A stretch of DNA of 63,486 bases, the filler included, from Asterionella formosa (Eukaryota), in NCBI GenBank assembly GCA_002256025.1. It is 24 parts of 24 records of this genome, joined end to end, with 100 filler letters (N's around TTAATTAATTAA, not from the genome) between each part and the next. Parts side by side here need not be neighbours in the genome. Positions count along the whole stretch, not along the records: positions 61,938 to 63,486 come from NKIB01001976.1; 23 more parts are not named here. One strand, 5' to 3'. The first letter of the stretch is position 1, and the number at the start of each line of letters is the position of its first letter. The notes beneath the pieces were generated by a model. The model worked only from the letters and a program-made list of their open reading frames with translations, did no database searches and had not been told where the DNA came from. Below are positions 62,029-63,486 of the stretch, piece after piece. The position numbers and the translations under genes are program-made.

Positions 62029-62910
62029 ATGTCGTCGCCATTTGATTTACTTGATGATAATGACGATGACAGTAGTGATCTTGATTTCTTCTTCCTCTGT
62101 CATTTAGCTAAGGAAGCAGAGGAAAAAGAACACTCATCCAAACGACAAAGGCGACGCTGTAAACGGCAGCTTCAGTCATCTGAACGACGACGACAACGAA
62201 GGCACAAGTGGCACCACGAAAGAATCTCCTGGCAATCACATGTCGAGAAACTCAATCACGAGATTGCTTTCGAGAAGACATACAGAATGTCACACAGAGC
62301 ATTCAAAAAACTCACCTCCATGCTGGAAATTCAGATTGCAGGGAATTATTCCAAATGTGGCACTTCTGAGCCCATAATTCCCGAAATTGTGGTAGCCATT
62401 GGTTTGCGATGGCTGGCTGGTGGCAGTTACATCGACATTCGTCATGCCTACGGTTGTAGCATTGCTTCACTTTATCGATGTCGTGATTTGTTCATTGATG
62501 CTGTACTAAACTGTGAAGAACTCGAAATTATTTTTCCAAAAGAATAAGAAGAATTTATCAAATTGGCTTCCAGCTTTGAATGCAAAAGCTCAGAGGGCAT
62601 GATGAGAGGATGTGTTGGTGCTATTGACGGCTTCCTTGCCACCATCAACCGCCCGACTATAGTTGAAAGTGGCAACAACCCTGGTTCATTTTTTTCCGGT
62701 CACTACATGACTTATGGAATCAATGTCCAGGCTGTTTGTGATGCTGACTCAAGATTTATTTATTTTGGTGTAATTGCACCGGGAAAATGCAGTGACCAAG
62801 TAGCTTTTGAAAAAACTTCCATTTTCGATCAAGTTGCAGCATTCAACACAGGTTTTTATCTGGTCGGCGATGCAGCTTACACATTGTCTGATGTAATGCT
62901 TGTTCCCTTT
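62029..62910 (+). pseudogene. PIF/Harbinger transposase with an in-frame stop (62545-62547), truncated by an internal deletion
   Basis: FEKTYRMS..AFKKL, LRWLAGGSYIDI, GCVGAIDG, FFSGHY..YGINVQAVCD..SRF, PG..SD, YLVGDAAY.LS..MLVPF. The region carrying the catalytic Glu is missing. Confidence 0.9.
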
Positions 62911-63359
62911 AGCATCAGAAGTTTCAGCCGTACCCACTACTTTGCTGCTCATTGCGCCAATTAATCGAGATATAGTCGATGTCGGAAGATTGGTATAGAG
63001 ATGAGCGGACTACTGATTCTTGTATGACTCACGAAGCTGAAAGGTAATGTATACAGAGTACCGTAGTATATATATAACAAAAAATAGTTGGCGCAATATT
63101 TAATAGTGTTGTGCTTGCGTATTTACAGTTATTTTATCAGTGGCAACGGACGTGATACACAGTGATCAACGGCTTGATCAGTGATACAGCATTGGTCAGG
63201 GGTCCAAAAACTGTATCAGTGATACACCCATGATACACCGGTGATCAGACCAAAAAAACCGTTGGTGATACACAAAAAAAAACCAAACCGCCATTTTTGT
63301 ATCATATTTCGGCGATGATACACCAATGACAACAAATAACAGAATGATAAGAACGGCCC
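62911..63359. mobile_element. Harbinger right end with subterminal TGATACA motifs and TIR, followed by TTA
   Basis: 449 bp matching 1748-2196. The flanks diverge immediately after GGCCC-TTA. Confidence 0.85.
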
Positions 63360-63486
63360 TTACCATCATCATCATTGCCATCATTGCCATCATTGATATT
63401 CACAGCACCTTCAGTCCAATATTGATCCACATGTTTATTGTTGTGCACTGACAATGATGACATGGTGCTGATTGCCTGTAAACCTG

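Overview
This window is not one contiguous locus. It is 24 eukaryotic contigs joined by artificial 100-bp spacers (N44-TTAATTAATTAA-N44): 23 contigs of about 1.55 kb in roughly decreasing length order, plus one 25.5-kb contig (13240-38721). The 5.8S rRNA, short GT-AG introns, an ASAF-like plastid-targeting motif and the gene families point to a diatom nuclear genome. Recognisable host genes: a complete 3-exon isocitrate lyase, a tesmin/TSO1 CXC protein, a GNAT acetyltransferase, a kinesin motor, an M6 metalloprotease, a Crinkler-like Ubl+P-loop gene (two near-identical copies) and an unknown tandem-repeat ORF (two copies). Most of the rest is transposon debris: PIF/Harbinger, Copia with a PDZ-like insert, Gypsy, Plavaka-like, three IS630/Tc1-like fossils, a RAG1/Transib-like fragment, and an unclassified element with CATCTAAG ends. 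The most unusual signal is the clustered TA-delimited GGTACC/TACCGGTA-type modules across many contigs. They look like stacked transposon excision footprints, and one haplotype pair differs by exactly one such module (TA vs TA-CTAG-TA). All family assignments were made by eye from motifs; no searches were run.
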